Shown here: in pieces, positions 27,650 to 56,793 of the stretch
Position numbering within the stretch: the stretch's first letter is position 1
Layout: every line of letters begins with the position of its first letter
Source of the DNA: the human T2T-CHM13v2.0 reference genome, Homo sapiens
Strand: one strand, 5' to 3'
NCBI RefSeq assembly: GCF_009914755.1
Contig: NC_060930.1
DNA: 64,000 nucleotides
Notes under the pieces: generated by a model
What the model saw: the letters and a program-made list of their open reading frames with translations, nothing else
Told to the model about the DNA's origin: nothing
Database searches by the model: none
Position numbers and translations under genes: made by a program

Positions 27650-28780
27650 CTGTTGTTATGGCCGATGCTGTTTTGAATGCTGTCAAAGTACCAGATGGCT
27701 CCCACCCCCCACCGCTTACTTCTCCTCCTCCAGCTCGTTGCTGCAGTCCTCCACTACCCCTGGGTCTTAGTGCTCCCCTGCTCACTCAGCCTCCTGCACC
27801 GAGTGTCTCTCCCAATCTCATCCTCCTATTGATGACTGGTCCTCCTCTCCAGCACTTCTTGCTCAGGCAGTACCCAAAGGGGCCGCCTGGGAGCAGCAGA
27901 GACCAGGCCCAAAGCTGCGGGCTTACAACAGGTTAGCCATCCCAGTCGGAAAGGTCTAGGGATGAGGCAGGGGCGGAGACGGGGGAGTACTGAGGTGAGA
28001 GAAGGAGAACTTGATTGGTGGTAACAGAGGAAGCATAAAGGGTTGTGAATGCGGTGAAAAGGTAAGGATGTCATCATGCAACCTGTGTTGGGAAAAGAGC
28101 ATTCTGGGCTTAATTCTAAACTAACTCTCTACCTTTCTCTCTCTCTCCACCATCCCGCCCCCTCCCCTGCCTCCCGTTGTTAACATCTCCATCTTTTTCT
28201 ACATATTTCTCAAGTCCAAATTTTTGCATCTCACTTGCCCCATCCTACGATAGTCTTCTTCCGTCTTTTGTCTGTATTTTTTCTTTTTTTTGATCTGTCC
28301 CTGTTGTTGTCCCACTGTGGTTTTTGTTTTTGTTTTCCATGTTTAATGTGATTTTTATCCTGTCTTTATCTCCTCTATTTTCTCTGTCTTCTCATCTTTT
28401 CGTCCATCACTGAACCATCTCCTCTCTCTGCCAAGTTAGAGGAGGCGGGAAAAAACCTCCAAATAACTCTCTTTTCTCCCTCCCCTCCCCTCGCCTCCTT
28501 TTCCTCGCCTCCAGTCCAGTCTTCTGGTTTCAGACGGCCCCTTTAATTTAAGTTCCCTAGTTTCCCCTGGGAGATCTGGCCAAGAACTACCCGGTCGGGG
28601 CGGAACGACATCCGGTAACGCCCCTCACAGTTCACTTCCGTCCTCCACCTGCGTCTCTGCTTGCGCCATTTCCTCCAGCCTGGAGTGTCTCCGCCCTTCC
28701 CGCCTCCCGTCTCCGAGCTTCTTAAACACAGGCCTTGGGCCTACGGCTCTGGGGGTACTTGGGGGGGCGGGGGCAGGTCT
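27650..28780. promoter_or_regulatory. Head-to-head promoter region of ATP6V1G2 and NFKBIL1
   Basis: Start codons face away from each other, 1.1 kb apart; GC boxes (GGGGCGG ~27970, ~28596), ETS CACTTCCG ~28633, E-box CACCTG 28646-28651. Confidence 0.75.
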
Positions 28781-28781
28781 G

Positions 28782-39690
<10,909 letters not shown>

Positions 39691-40280
39691 CCCTAGGGAA
39701 GAAGCAAGAAACTTCGGGGCTGCAGCCTCAGGATGAGGCAGAAGGAAGGGTAAGGGAAAGGATGGGGACCACAAGGAAGAGCCAGGTGCTGCTCAGCAGA
39801 GGATATGGGTGGGAGCGAAAGTTGTAACAAGTGGGGGTGGGGGGTGCGGGCCGCCACCACTGCTCCTTGACTCTGCCGTTTCCTAATAAGACCTGGTTCC
39901 ACATCTCACTCCCAGTGTCTCCTCTGTCTTTTTCCATTGCTGTGGTTTTCATCACCCATGACATCTCCTTTCCCGCCCCGCCTGCTGAAACCCACAGCTC
40001 CCACACACCTGCAACACACACGCACACGCTAACACGGGCTCTGAGCTGGAGGCAAGAAGCCTCTGCATGCCCCCTCAGTTCAGCCCTAAGAAGGCCCAGT
40101 TTGCCATCCAGTCTCACTCCACTCCCTACACTGGGGTCTTGTCCACCCTGCAATCTGTGGCTGGAGAAATAGATGCGAACAGAGGCAAAAAGGGGAACAA
40201 AACCAGTTTCCCTCCCCTCCCTGGCTCCCCAAGCTGAACCACATCCTCCTCCCCACTTAACACCCCCTTCCCCCAACACA

Positions 40281-40303
40281 GGGCTTTCCCTTTGCTGAGT
40301 CAC
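40281..40303. promoter_or_regulatory. Composite NF-kB + AP-1/ARE (MARE) element, candidate distal enhancer
   Basis: GGGCTTTCCC 40281-40290 followed 2 nt later by TGCTGAGTCAC 40293-40303. Confidence 0.55.
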
Positions 40304-42481
40304 TGAATGAGCGAGTTGGGGGTAGCCGGCGCTGGGGGGCCATGAGGAGGCTGGGGGAGGATGGGGAATACAAGCAGAATGGCTGGAGGAAGAGCCCTGT
40401 GGGGGAGTGGAATTTCAGTTGCTAAAATTAGGAGCAGGGGAAGGAGGTGGAAAGAGCAAAATTATGTAACATGGGTTGTCTGTTCTTGGGCAACTGGAGC
40501 TCCACACCCAAAGCCAGCCAGGCTGCTGGCTCCATCCATCTCTGCCCTCTAGCTTGTCAGTTGTATCTCTCTTCCTCCAGGGCCCCAATCCTCATCTCCG
40601 CCATTCAGCTGCTGCCCCATCCTAAACCTGAGTTCATCTCTGGGCAGCCCAGGCATGGCCTTCCCTATAAACATTTCCTTTTCCAAGAACCAGTAGTTGA
40701 AGTCCTGAGAGGTGGAGGGAGAGTCTGGGATTCCCACGGAGGAGAGAGGGGGGCTCCCTGGAAACTAAGATAGGTAGACCCCACTACCATCGCCCAGGAC
40801 ACAACTGGGAACTTGGCAAAAAGAAAGGACAGGGCTGCAAGGAGAGTACAGACATGTGCTGGTGAGTGCACTGTCTGCATAGTTACACCAGAGCATCTTA
40901 TCAATCAGAAACTTATCTTTCAGGTTTTGAGCCCAGTTCTCTACAGGAGAATCCCAGGAGTGGAAGTGGAAGGCAGTAGAAGACAGGGAGGGCACGCCTC
41001 TGGGAACACGGGAACATGGGTGGGCATGAGATCCTTGAATAAGACAGCCTGAAGTTCGGAAGAGACCAAGGCCTCTGAAGGACCAGGCAGATGTTCAGGG
41101 TGCAGGAGGGGGAAGGGCTGGTGAGAAAGATCCTGTGAGAGGAAGCTGCTGTGATTCAGAGAAGAGACTTCAAGCTGTGTGTGACCCTGGCGTCCGGTTC
41201 CTCTCACAGGCTGGAGCTTTTCGGAAGTGGCATGCAAAGAGTCCAGGTTTGGCCTTGGGGGGAGTTGGGGTTAGGATCCCTAAGCTGGAGGTTGAGAAGT
41301 AAATTACAGAAAACTCTGGTGACCAAATTTGCTCCTCCACCCAGGAGATTTCTCACTGGTTTTTAAGCACATCATTTCCCCTTCTGCAAGAGTTACATAA
41401 AACCAAAGCAAAATAAGCCCTGAAACCTGGGCCCACCGGACCACAGTCTTTTCAACGTCCCTTCCTGGTGTCTGGCCCCCAGCCCTGGTGGGGGTTCCCC
41501 TGAGATAAGGGCTGTTCACTTTCTCTGACCACATGGTTTCCGCTTCTGTGTCTCTTGTTTCCTAGGCTGATAAAAATACTGAGCCCTAGAGGCCCTGGCT
41601 TCCTCTGACCCCTTGGGGCAGGCAGCACGCATCCTGTCCAGCATGGTGGGGGCAGGGACAGGGGCCAGGGATTCCCAAGGGGTGACTCAGTGCCTGCCAT
41701 GAAACAGTGGGTAGGTGGAAGTGTATCTCTGCTCTCTAGAGCTGGCACCAGGAGTTGAGTCTCAGTGGAGGATGCATTGGGATTCAATTGGAGGAACAGG
41801 CCTGGAAAAGAATAATGAGATTGAAGAGGGTCAGTTTGAGGACTCAGGTTGGGGCAGGTTTGGATTAAGTTAGGAAAAGGATCTGGGAGGGACTCTGTTC
41901 AGTGTAGGTCAACTGAGCATTATGTAGCCCAAAGATAAATTTAAACCCTGCTTCAAGCTTACAATCTAGTGGGGAGGCAGACCCATACCTAGTTAACTGA
42001 TTCAAGGCATGATGAGTAAACTTTAAGATGATTACAGAAAGAGGGGAGATTAAGTCCATTTGAAAGCATCCAGGGAGCCTCTGAGGAGACAGCATTTGAA
42101 CTTGCTCTAATGAATGGGTTCACTAGGTGGAGGTGGATGGAAAGGTTCCATAGGCGAATAACACGTCTTGAGCGAGCCTGACAAGTCAGAAAATGCAGTA
42201 TGTTCTGGGAAAGGAGCGTCCTGAGGGAGAAGAAGCACAGGTGTGAGGGAACATGTGATGAAGAAAGGACCACAGAAAGTCAAGGTCAGAGATTGGACTG
42301 CATCCTGTGGGCAGTGGTCCAGGTGACGATGAAAAAGAGGGAGAACAGGTGAGTGCTGCAGTACAGACAAGGAGTAAGAAAACGGCCATCATCTTGTGAA
42401 TTAATACCTACTGTGTGTTAACCAGCCCTTTTCCTAACACCACAAATCCTCTCAACGTCTGTCCAAAAGGTGGGTGGTGGT

Positions 42482-48650
<6,169 letters not shown>

Positions 48651-48678
48651 ATCCAATCACCTCTGCTCACCTCCCTCT

Positions 48679-48739
48679 TCTCTCTCTCTCTCTCTCCCTC
48701 CCCCTCTCTCCCCTGCAACACACACACACACACACACAC
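48679..48739 (+). repeat. TNFb (TC)9 and TNFa (AC)11 compound microsatellite
   Basis: (TC)n 48679-48696 and (AC)n 48718-48739; flanks match the classic TNFa/b marker context as recalled. Confidence 0.85.
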
Positions 48740-49329
48740 GCACGCACCACACACTCTGACGACCTTTAAAGGCTTCCTGTGGCTGGATGAAATCTAGAGG
48801 CTTTACCCTTCTTGCATGGCCCTGCATGACCTGGCCCCTGCCCTCCTCTCTGACCTCATCTCCCACCCGCCTCCCAGTCTCTCTCTCTGCTCCAGCCACA
48901 CTGGCCTTCTGTTTGTCGTCAACACCCCCAGCTTGGTTCCGCCTTCCAGCCTTTGCAGTAGCTGCTCCCTTTACCTGAAATGCTTTGCTCCCAAACTTTT
49001 ACCTGGTCACTATTTTTTGTCATTTGGGTCTCAGCTCCAGTGCCACCCAAACACTCAAAGAGGATTTTGCTGACTACTGTATTTAAAAGTAGCTCCCTGC
49101 CACTCTTACAACATCAGCCTGTCTTATTTTCTCATAGTACCAATTTCTTCTTCAGTTTCTTTCTTTTCCGTCTGGCCTCACTGGAATACAAGCTCCACAG
49201 GTGCTGGTACCTTCTCTGATCCCTTTGCCTCCATGTCCCTCCTGCCTTAGGACAATGCCCAGCATGTGTTAGGCACGCAGATACTCACTAAATGGAGGAA
49301 TGGATGAATAATTCATAAAGCAGGATAAA

Positions 49330-49630
49330 GTTCAACTTTAGGCTTGTGGCTCAGATTGGACTTACATTTAGAGTCAGATTTAAGTTTAGTGTTAGGAGTG
49401 GTGGTAAACTGGTTTCAAGATTAGCCCTAGAAACAGGGTTGGGTTGGGGTAGAGGAGAAGTTTTATTTAGGGGGTTATTAATTGGGATGTGTTTAGATTT
49501 GAGGTTAGGGTTACAGTTGGGGTTGAGTTTGAGTTGTGATTTGGGTTGAGGTTAAATTTGGGTTAGGGTTGATGTTGGTATTAAATCCCAATTCAGGTTT
49601 TGAGGCTAAGTTCAAGTTTGAAGCTAATGT
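49330..49630 (+). repeat. Degenerate hexamer (TTAGGG-like) low-complexity repeat
   Basis: 6-nt periodic TT/GG pattern, e.g. TTGAGG TTAGGG TTACAG TTGGGG TTGAGT TTGAGT. Confidence 0.6.
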
Positions 49631-50021
49631 CATTTCAGTCTCATTTGGAGGCTTCAGAGATTTCACTAGTTTCTCCACAAAGACCACTATAAAGACTGTA
49701 TTTCCCTGAGTCTGGGGCACAAGACTCCAGTCATCAGCTCTCCCACCCAGGGAAAGTCCCAAACCAACTGCTGGCCTGCCCAAGAAAGAAACCAAATTCA
49801 TACAACCTCCGAAACTGAGATTGAAACCAAGATTGGCCCATCTCAAGGAGCATCCTTCGCATATCTCACATGCACGTGACACTGAGCCTCAGCCCAGTCT
49901 TACCCTTCCTTCCTCTGTGTCTCTCATGTCTCCCCATCACCCTTCTTGCCTTCCCTTTTTTGTCTTTCAATGTCCCATTCTTCCTCTTTAATTTAAATTT
50001 CTCTCTGTGTCTCACTGTTAA

Positions 50022-50195
<174 letters not shown>

Positions 50196-50645
50196 TAGGA
50201 TTACAGGCGCGTGCCACCATGCTCGGCTAATTTTTTGTATTTTTAGCAGTGATGGAGTTTCACCGTATTAGCCAGGATTGTCTCTATCTCCTGACCTTGT
50301 GATCTGCTCGCCTCAGCCTCCCAAAGTGCTGGGATGACAGGCATGTGCCACTGCTCCTGGCCTTGTAATAACATTTTATATTTTAATATAGCTCAGCTGG
50401 GGTCCCAGTCCATCAGCTCATACCATTAGAGAAGCAGAAAGAGACAACAGGAAGCAAAAAGGACCCTGAGAGAAAGGGCAACACAGAGAAAAAGAAAGGA
50501 GCAGGGGCTAAAAGGGAAACCCACACTGACACAAGAGATAATAAGGTTAAAAGAATGAGAAGAAGGTTGGGCGCAGTGGCTCACGCCCATAATCCCAGCA
50601 CTTTGGGAGGCCAAGGCTGGTGGGTCACCTGTGGTCAGGAATTCA

Positions 50646-51270
<625 letters not shown>

Positions 51271-52054
51271 GAAATAATAGCTAAGACTAGTAAAGCATAA
51301 AAGGCAAAGGGGCAGGTCCTCAAGTAGAGAAGAACAGGAGAAATAGCTCATACACACCCAGAATGTTACTTACATGTCCCTCCATGTTACACCAAGACCC
51401 CTCAGGGACCTTGTGCCTGGGGAGAGAAGTGGTCTGCCCCATGCAACAGTGGGCTTTACCCCGGGTCACCACCAGCCCCAGCTCCAACCCCTCTAACACT
51501 CTCCAAGTAAAATCACATGAGTAGCAGTAATAATATTTGAGGTGACAAGTTGGTATTATCTCAAACTTAGGAAAAGTGAATAAAGTCATCTTTAGAAACT
51601 GCTTTTTTTAAACCTTGTAACTTGCAAGCTAAGTGAAAATGGGCTCATGTATGAGAATGTTCGTGTTAGACATTTTTTGTGTTAGACAAAAACTAGAAAC
51701 AAACCAAATCCCCATCAACAGAATATATTAGAATATATTGATACAATAGAATATTACATCATAATTTTTTTAAAAAACATTACTGATACATACAACCACG
51801 TATATGAATCTCACAAACATAATGCTGACTGAAAGAAGTCAAACAGAAATGAGTACATTCTGTGTGATTTCATTTATATGATGCCCCAAACCAGGAGGAA
51901 ATAATCTATGGTGATAAAAGTGAGAGAGTGGTTGGTTATCTTTGGAGGGTATCAGCAGGGAGGGGGCATGAGGGAACCTGCTGGGGACCTGAAAATACGT
52001 GGAGCTGGGTGGTGGCTACATACAGATGGAAAAATTCATCAGCTGTACACTTAA

Positions 52055-52336
<282 letters not shown>

Positions 52337-53199
52337 TGACCTCAAGTAATCCGCCCACCTCAGACTCCCAAAGTGCCAGGATTACAGGTGTGAGCCACTG
52401 CACCAGGCCTGGAACAATTTTAAAATAATGTATTGGCTCTGCAAATGCAGCTTCAGAACAAGTCCCTTAGCTGTCCCCACCCCACCCTAAGTCACCACCC
52501 TTAAGCCTCACCCATGTGGAATTCTGAAACTTCCTTTGTAGAAAACTTTGGAAGGTGTCTGCCACATTGATCCTGGAATGTGTGTTTATTTGGGGTTATA
52601 TAAATCTGTTCTGTGGAAGCCACCTGAAGTCAGGAAGAGATGGAGGGCATCCTTCAGGAGTGAGATGAGACCTCATCATACTTGACTGTCCAGCATCATC
52701 TCTGAGTAAGGGGACCAAAAAATTTATCTTCCAAACTAGGACACTTTCAAGAGTGGAAGGGGGATCCATTAATATTTTCACCTGGACAAGAGGCAAACAC
52801 CAGAATGTCCCCGATGAAGGGGATATATAATGGACCTTCTTGATGTGAAACCTGCCAGATGGGCTGGAAAGTCCGTATACTGGGACAAGTATGATTTGAG
52901 TTGTTTGGGACAAGGACAGGGGTACAAGAGAAGGAAATGGGCAAAGAGAGAAGCCTGTACTCAGCCAAGGGTGCAGAGATGTTATATATGATTGCTCTTC
53001 AGGGAACCGGGCCTCCAGCTCACACCCCAGCTGCTCAACTGCCTCCTCTCTGAATTGACTGTCCCTTCTTTGGAACTCTAGGCCTGACCCCACTCCCTGG
53101 CCCTCCCAGCCCACGATTCCCCTGACCCGACTCCCTTTCCCAGAACTCAGTCGCCTGAACCCCCAGCCTGTGGTTCTCTCCTAGGCCTCAGCCTTTCCT

Positions 53200-53496
53200 G
53201 CCTTTGACTGAAACAGCAGTATCTTCTAAGCCCTGGGGGCTTCCCCGGGCCCCAGCCCCGACCTAGAACCCGCCCGCTGCCTGCCACGCTGCCACTGCCG
53301 CTTCCTCTATAAAGGGACCTGAGCGTCCGGGCCCAGGGGCTCCGCACAGCAGGTGAGGCTCTCCTGCCCCATCTCCTTGGGCTGCCCGTGCTTCGTGCTT
53401 TGGACTACCGCCCCGCAGTGTCCTGCCCTCTGCCTGGGCCTCGGTCCCTCCTGCACCTGCTGCCTGGATCCCCGGCCTGCCTGGGCCTGGGCCTTG
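53200..53496 (+). promoter_or_regulatory. LTA: LTA promoter and non-coding exon 1
   Basis: kB site GGGGCTTCCCC 53236-53246; TATAAA 53308-53313; exon 1 donor TTG|GTGGGT after 53496. Confidence 0.85.
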
Positions 53497-53754
53497 GTGG
53501 GTTTGGTTTTGGTTTCCTTCTCTGTCTCTGACTCTCCATCTGTCAGTCTCATTGTCTCTGTCACACATTCTCTGTTTCTGCCATGATTCCTCTCTGTTCC
53601 CTTCCTGTCTCTCTCTGTCTCCCTCTGCTCACCTTGGGGTTTCTCTGACTGCATCTTGTCCCCTTCTCTGTCGATCTCTCTCTCGGGGGTCGGGGGGTGC
53701 TGTCTCCCAGGGCGGGAGGTCTGTCTTCCGCCGCGTGCCCCGCCCCGCTCACTG

Positions 53755-53774
53755 TCTCTCTCTCTCTCTCTCTC
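53755..53774 (+). repeat. TNFc (TC)10 microsatellite in LTA intron 1
   Basis: TC run that forms the polypyrimidine tract of the exon 2 acceptor (AG 53784-53785). Confidence 0.8.
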
Positions 53775-53794
53775 TTTCTCTGCAGGTTCTCCCC

Positions 53795-54745
53795 ATGACA
53801 CCACCTGAACGTCTCTTCCTCCCAAGGGTGCGTGGCACCACCCTACACCTCCTCCTTCTGGGGCTGCTGCTGGTTCTGCTGCCTGGGGCCCAGGTGAGGC
53901 AGCAGGAGAATGGGGGCTGCTGGGGTGGCTCAGCCAAACCTTGAGCCCTAGAGCCCCCCTCAACTCTGTTCTCCCCTAGGGGCTCCCTGGTGTTGGCCTC
54001 ACACCTTCAGCTGCCCAGACTGCCCGTCAGCACCCCAAGATGCATCTTGCCCACAGCACCCTCAAACCTGCTGCTCACCTCATTGGTAAACATCCACCTG
54101 ACCTCCCAGACATGTCCCCACCAGCTCTCCTCCTACCCCTGCCTCAGGAACCCAAGCATCCACCCCTCTCCCCCAACTTCCCCCACGCTAAAAAAAACAG
54201 AGGGAGCCCACTCCTATGCCTCCCCCTGCCATCCCCCAGGAACTCAGTTGTTCAGTGCCCACTTCCTCAGGGATTGAGACCTCTGATCCAGACCCCTGAT
54301 CTCCCACCCCCATCCCCTATGGCTCTTCCTAGGAGACCCCAGCAAGCAGAACTCACTGCTCTGGAGAGCAAACACGGACCGTGCCTTCCTCCAGGATGGT
54401 TTCTCCTTGAGCAACAATTCTCTCCTGGTCCCCACCAGTGGCATCTACTTCGTCTACTCCCAGGTGGTCTTCTCTGGGAAAGCCTACTCTCCCAAGGCCA
54501 CCTCCTCCCCACTCTACCTGGCCCATGAGGTCCAGCTCTTCTCCTCCCAGTACCCCTTCCATGTGCCTCTCCTCAGCTCCCAGAAGATGGTGTATCCAGG
54601 GCTGCAGGAACCCTGGCTGCACTCGATGTACCACGGGGCTGCGTTCCAGCTCACCCAGGGAGACCAGCTATCCACCCACACAGATGGCATCCCCCACCTA
54701 GTCCTCAGCCCTAGTACTGTCTTCTTTGGAGCCTTCGCTCTGTAG
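53795..54745 (+). CDS. LTA: Lymphotoxin-alpha (TNF-beta), 205 aa. Exons 53795-53893, 53980-54085, 54333-54745
   Basis: [33 protein letters not shown]|[13 protein letters not shown]...KPAAHLIG|[10 protein letters not shown]...[10 protein letters not shown]; AU-rich tract ~55103-55140; AATAAA 55355-55360. Confidence 0.98.
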
Positions 54746-55549
54746 AACTTGGAAAAATCCAGAAAGAAAAAATAATTGATTTCAAGACCTTCTCCCCATT
54801 CTGCCTCCATTCTGACCATTTCAGGGGTCGTCACCACCTCTCCTTTGGCCATTCCAACAGCTCAAGTCTTCCCTGATCAAGTCACCGGAGCTTTCAAAGA
54901 AGGAATTCTAGGCATCCCAGGGGACCACACCTCCCTGAACCATCCCTGATGTCTGTCTGGCTGAGGATTTCAAGCCTGCCTAGGAATTCCCAGCCCAAAG
55001 CTGTTGGTCTGTCCCACCAGCTAGGTGGGGCCTAGATCCACACACAGAGGAAGAGCAGGCACATGGAGGAGCTTGGGGGATGACTAGAGGCAGGGAGGGG
55101 ACTATTTATGAAGGCAAAAAAATTAAATTATTTATTTATGGAGGATGGAGAGAGGGGAATAATAGAAGAACATCCAAGGAGAAACAGAGACAGGCCCAAG
55201 AGATGAAGAGTGAGAGGGCATGCGCACAAGGCTGACCAAGAGAGAAAGAAGTAGGCATGAGGGATCACAGGGCCCCAGAAGGCAGGGAAAGGCTCTGAAA
55301 GCCAGCTGCCGACCAGAGCCCCACACGGAGGCATCTGCACCCTCGATGAAGCCCAATAAACCTCTTTTCTCTGAAATGCTGTCTGCTTGTGTGTGTGTGT
55401 CTGGGAGTGAGAACTTCCCAGTCTATCTAAGGAATGGAGGGAGGGACAGAGGGCTCAAAGGGAGCAAGAGCTGTGGGGAGAACAAAAGGATAAGGGCTCA
55501 GAGAGCTTCAGGGATATGTGATGGACTCACCAGGTGAGGCCGCCAGACT

Positions 55550-56620
55550 GCTGCAGGGGAAGCAAAGGAGAAGCTGAGAAGACGAAGGAAAAGTCAGGGT
55601 CTGGAGGGGCGGGGGTCAGGGAGCTCCTGGGAGATATGGCCACATGTAGCGGCTCTGAGGAATGGGTTACAGGAGACCTCTGGGGAGATGTGACCACAGC
55701 AATGGGTAGGAGAATGTCCAGGGCTATGGAAGTCGAGTATGGGGACCCCCACTTAACGAAGACAGGGCCATGTAGAGGGCCCCAGGGAGTGAAAGAGCCT
55801 CCAGGACCTCCAGGTATGGAATACAGGGGACGTTTAAGAAGATATGGCCACACACTGGGGCCCTGAGAAGTGAGAGCTTCATGAAAAAAATCAGGGACCC
55901 CAGAGTTCCTTGGAAGCCAAGACTGAAACCAGCATTATGAGTCTCCGGGTCAGAATGAAAGAAGAAGGCCTGCCCCAGTGGGGTCTGTGAATTCCCGGGG
56001 GTGATTTCACTCCCCGGGGCTGTCCCAGGCTTGTCCCTGCTACCCCCACCCAGCCTTTCCTGAGGCCTCAAGCCTGCCACCAAGCCCCCAGCTCCTTCTC
56101 CCCGCAGGGACCCAAACACAGGCCTCAGGACTCAACACAGCTTTTCCCTCCAACCCCGTTTTCTCTCCCTCAAGGACTCAGCTTTCTGAAGCCCCTCCCA
56201 GTTCTAGTTCTATCTTTTTCCTGCATCCTGTCTGGAAGTTAGAAGGAAACAGACCACAGACCTGGTCCCCAAAAGAAATGGAGGCAATAGGTTTTGAGGG
56301 GCATGGGGACGGGGTTCAGCCTCCAGGGTCCTACACACAAATCAGTCAGTGGCCCAGAAGACCCCCCTCGGAATCGGAGCAGGGAGGATGGGGAGTGTGA
56401 GGGGTATCCTTGATGCTTGTGTGTCCCCAACTTTCCAAATCCCCGCCCCCGCGATGGAGAAGAAACCGAGACAGAAGGTGCAGGGCCCACTACCGCTTCC
56501 TCCAGATGAGCTCATGGGTTTCTCCACCAAGGAAGTTTTCCGCTGGTTGAATGATTCTTTCCCCGCCCTCCTCTCGCCCCAGGGACATATAAAGGCAGTT
56601 GTTGGCACACCCAGCCAGCA
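55550..56620 (+). promoter_or_regulatory. TNF: TNF promoter
   Basis: kB1 GGGGACCCCC 55741-55750; kB2 GTGAATTCCC 55987-55996; Egr1/Sp1 CCCCGCCCCCGC 56441-56452; CRE TGAGCTCA 56507-56514; kappa3 GGGTTTCTCC 56516-56525; Sp1 ~56561; TATAAA 56588-56593. Confidence 0.92.
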
Positions 56621-56793
56621 GACGCTCCCTCAGCAAGGACAGCAGAGGACCAGCTAAGAGGGAGAGAAGCAACTACAGACCCCCCCTGAAAACAACCCTC
56701 AGACGCCACATCCCCTGACAAGCTGCCAGGCAGGTTCTCTTCCTCTCACATACTGACCCACGGCTCCACCCTCTCTCCCCTGGAAAGGACACC

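Noticed and set aside
52596-53114. 172-aa minus-strand ORF upstream of LTA
   Set aside because: No homology recognised, no splice or poly(A) support; probably chance.
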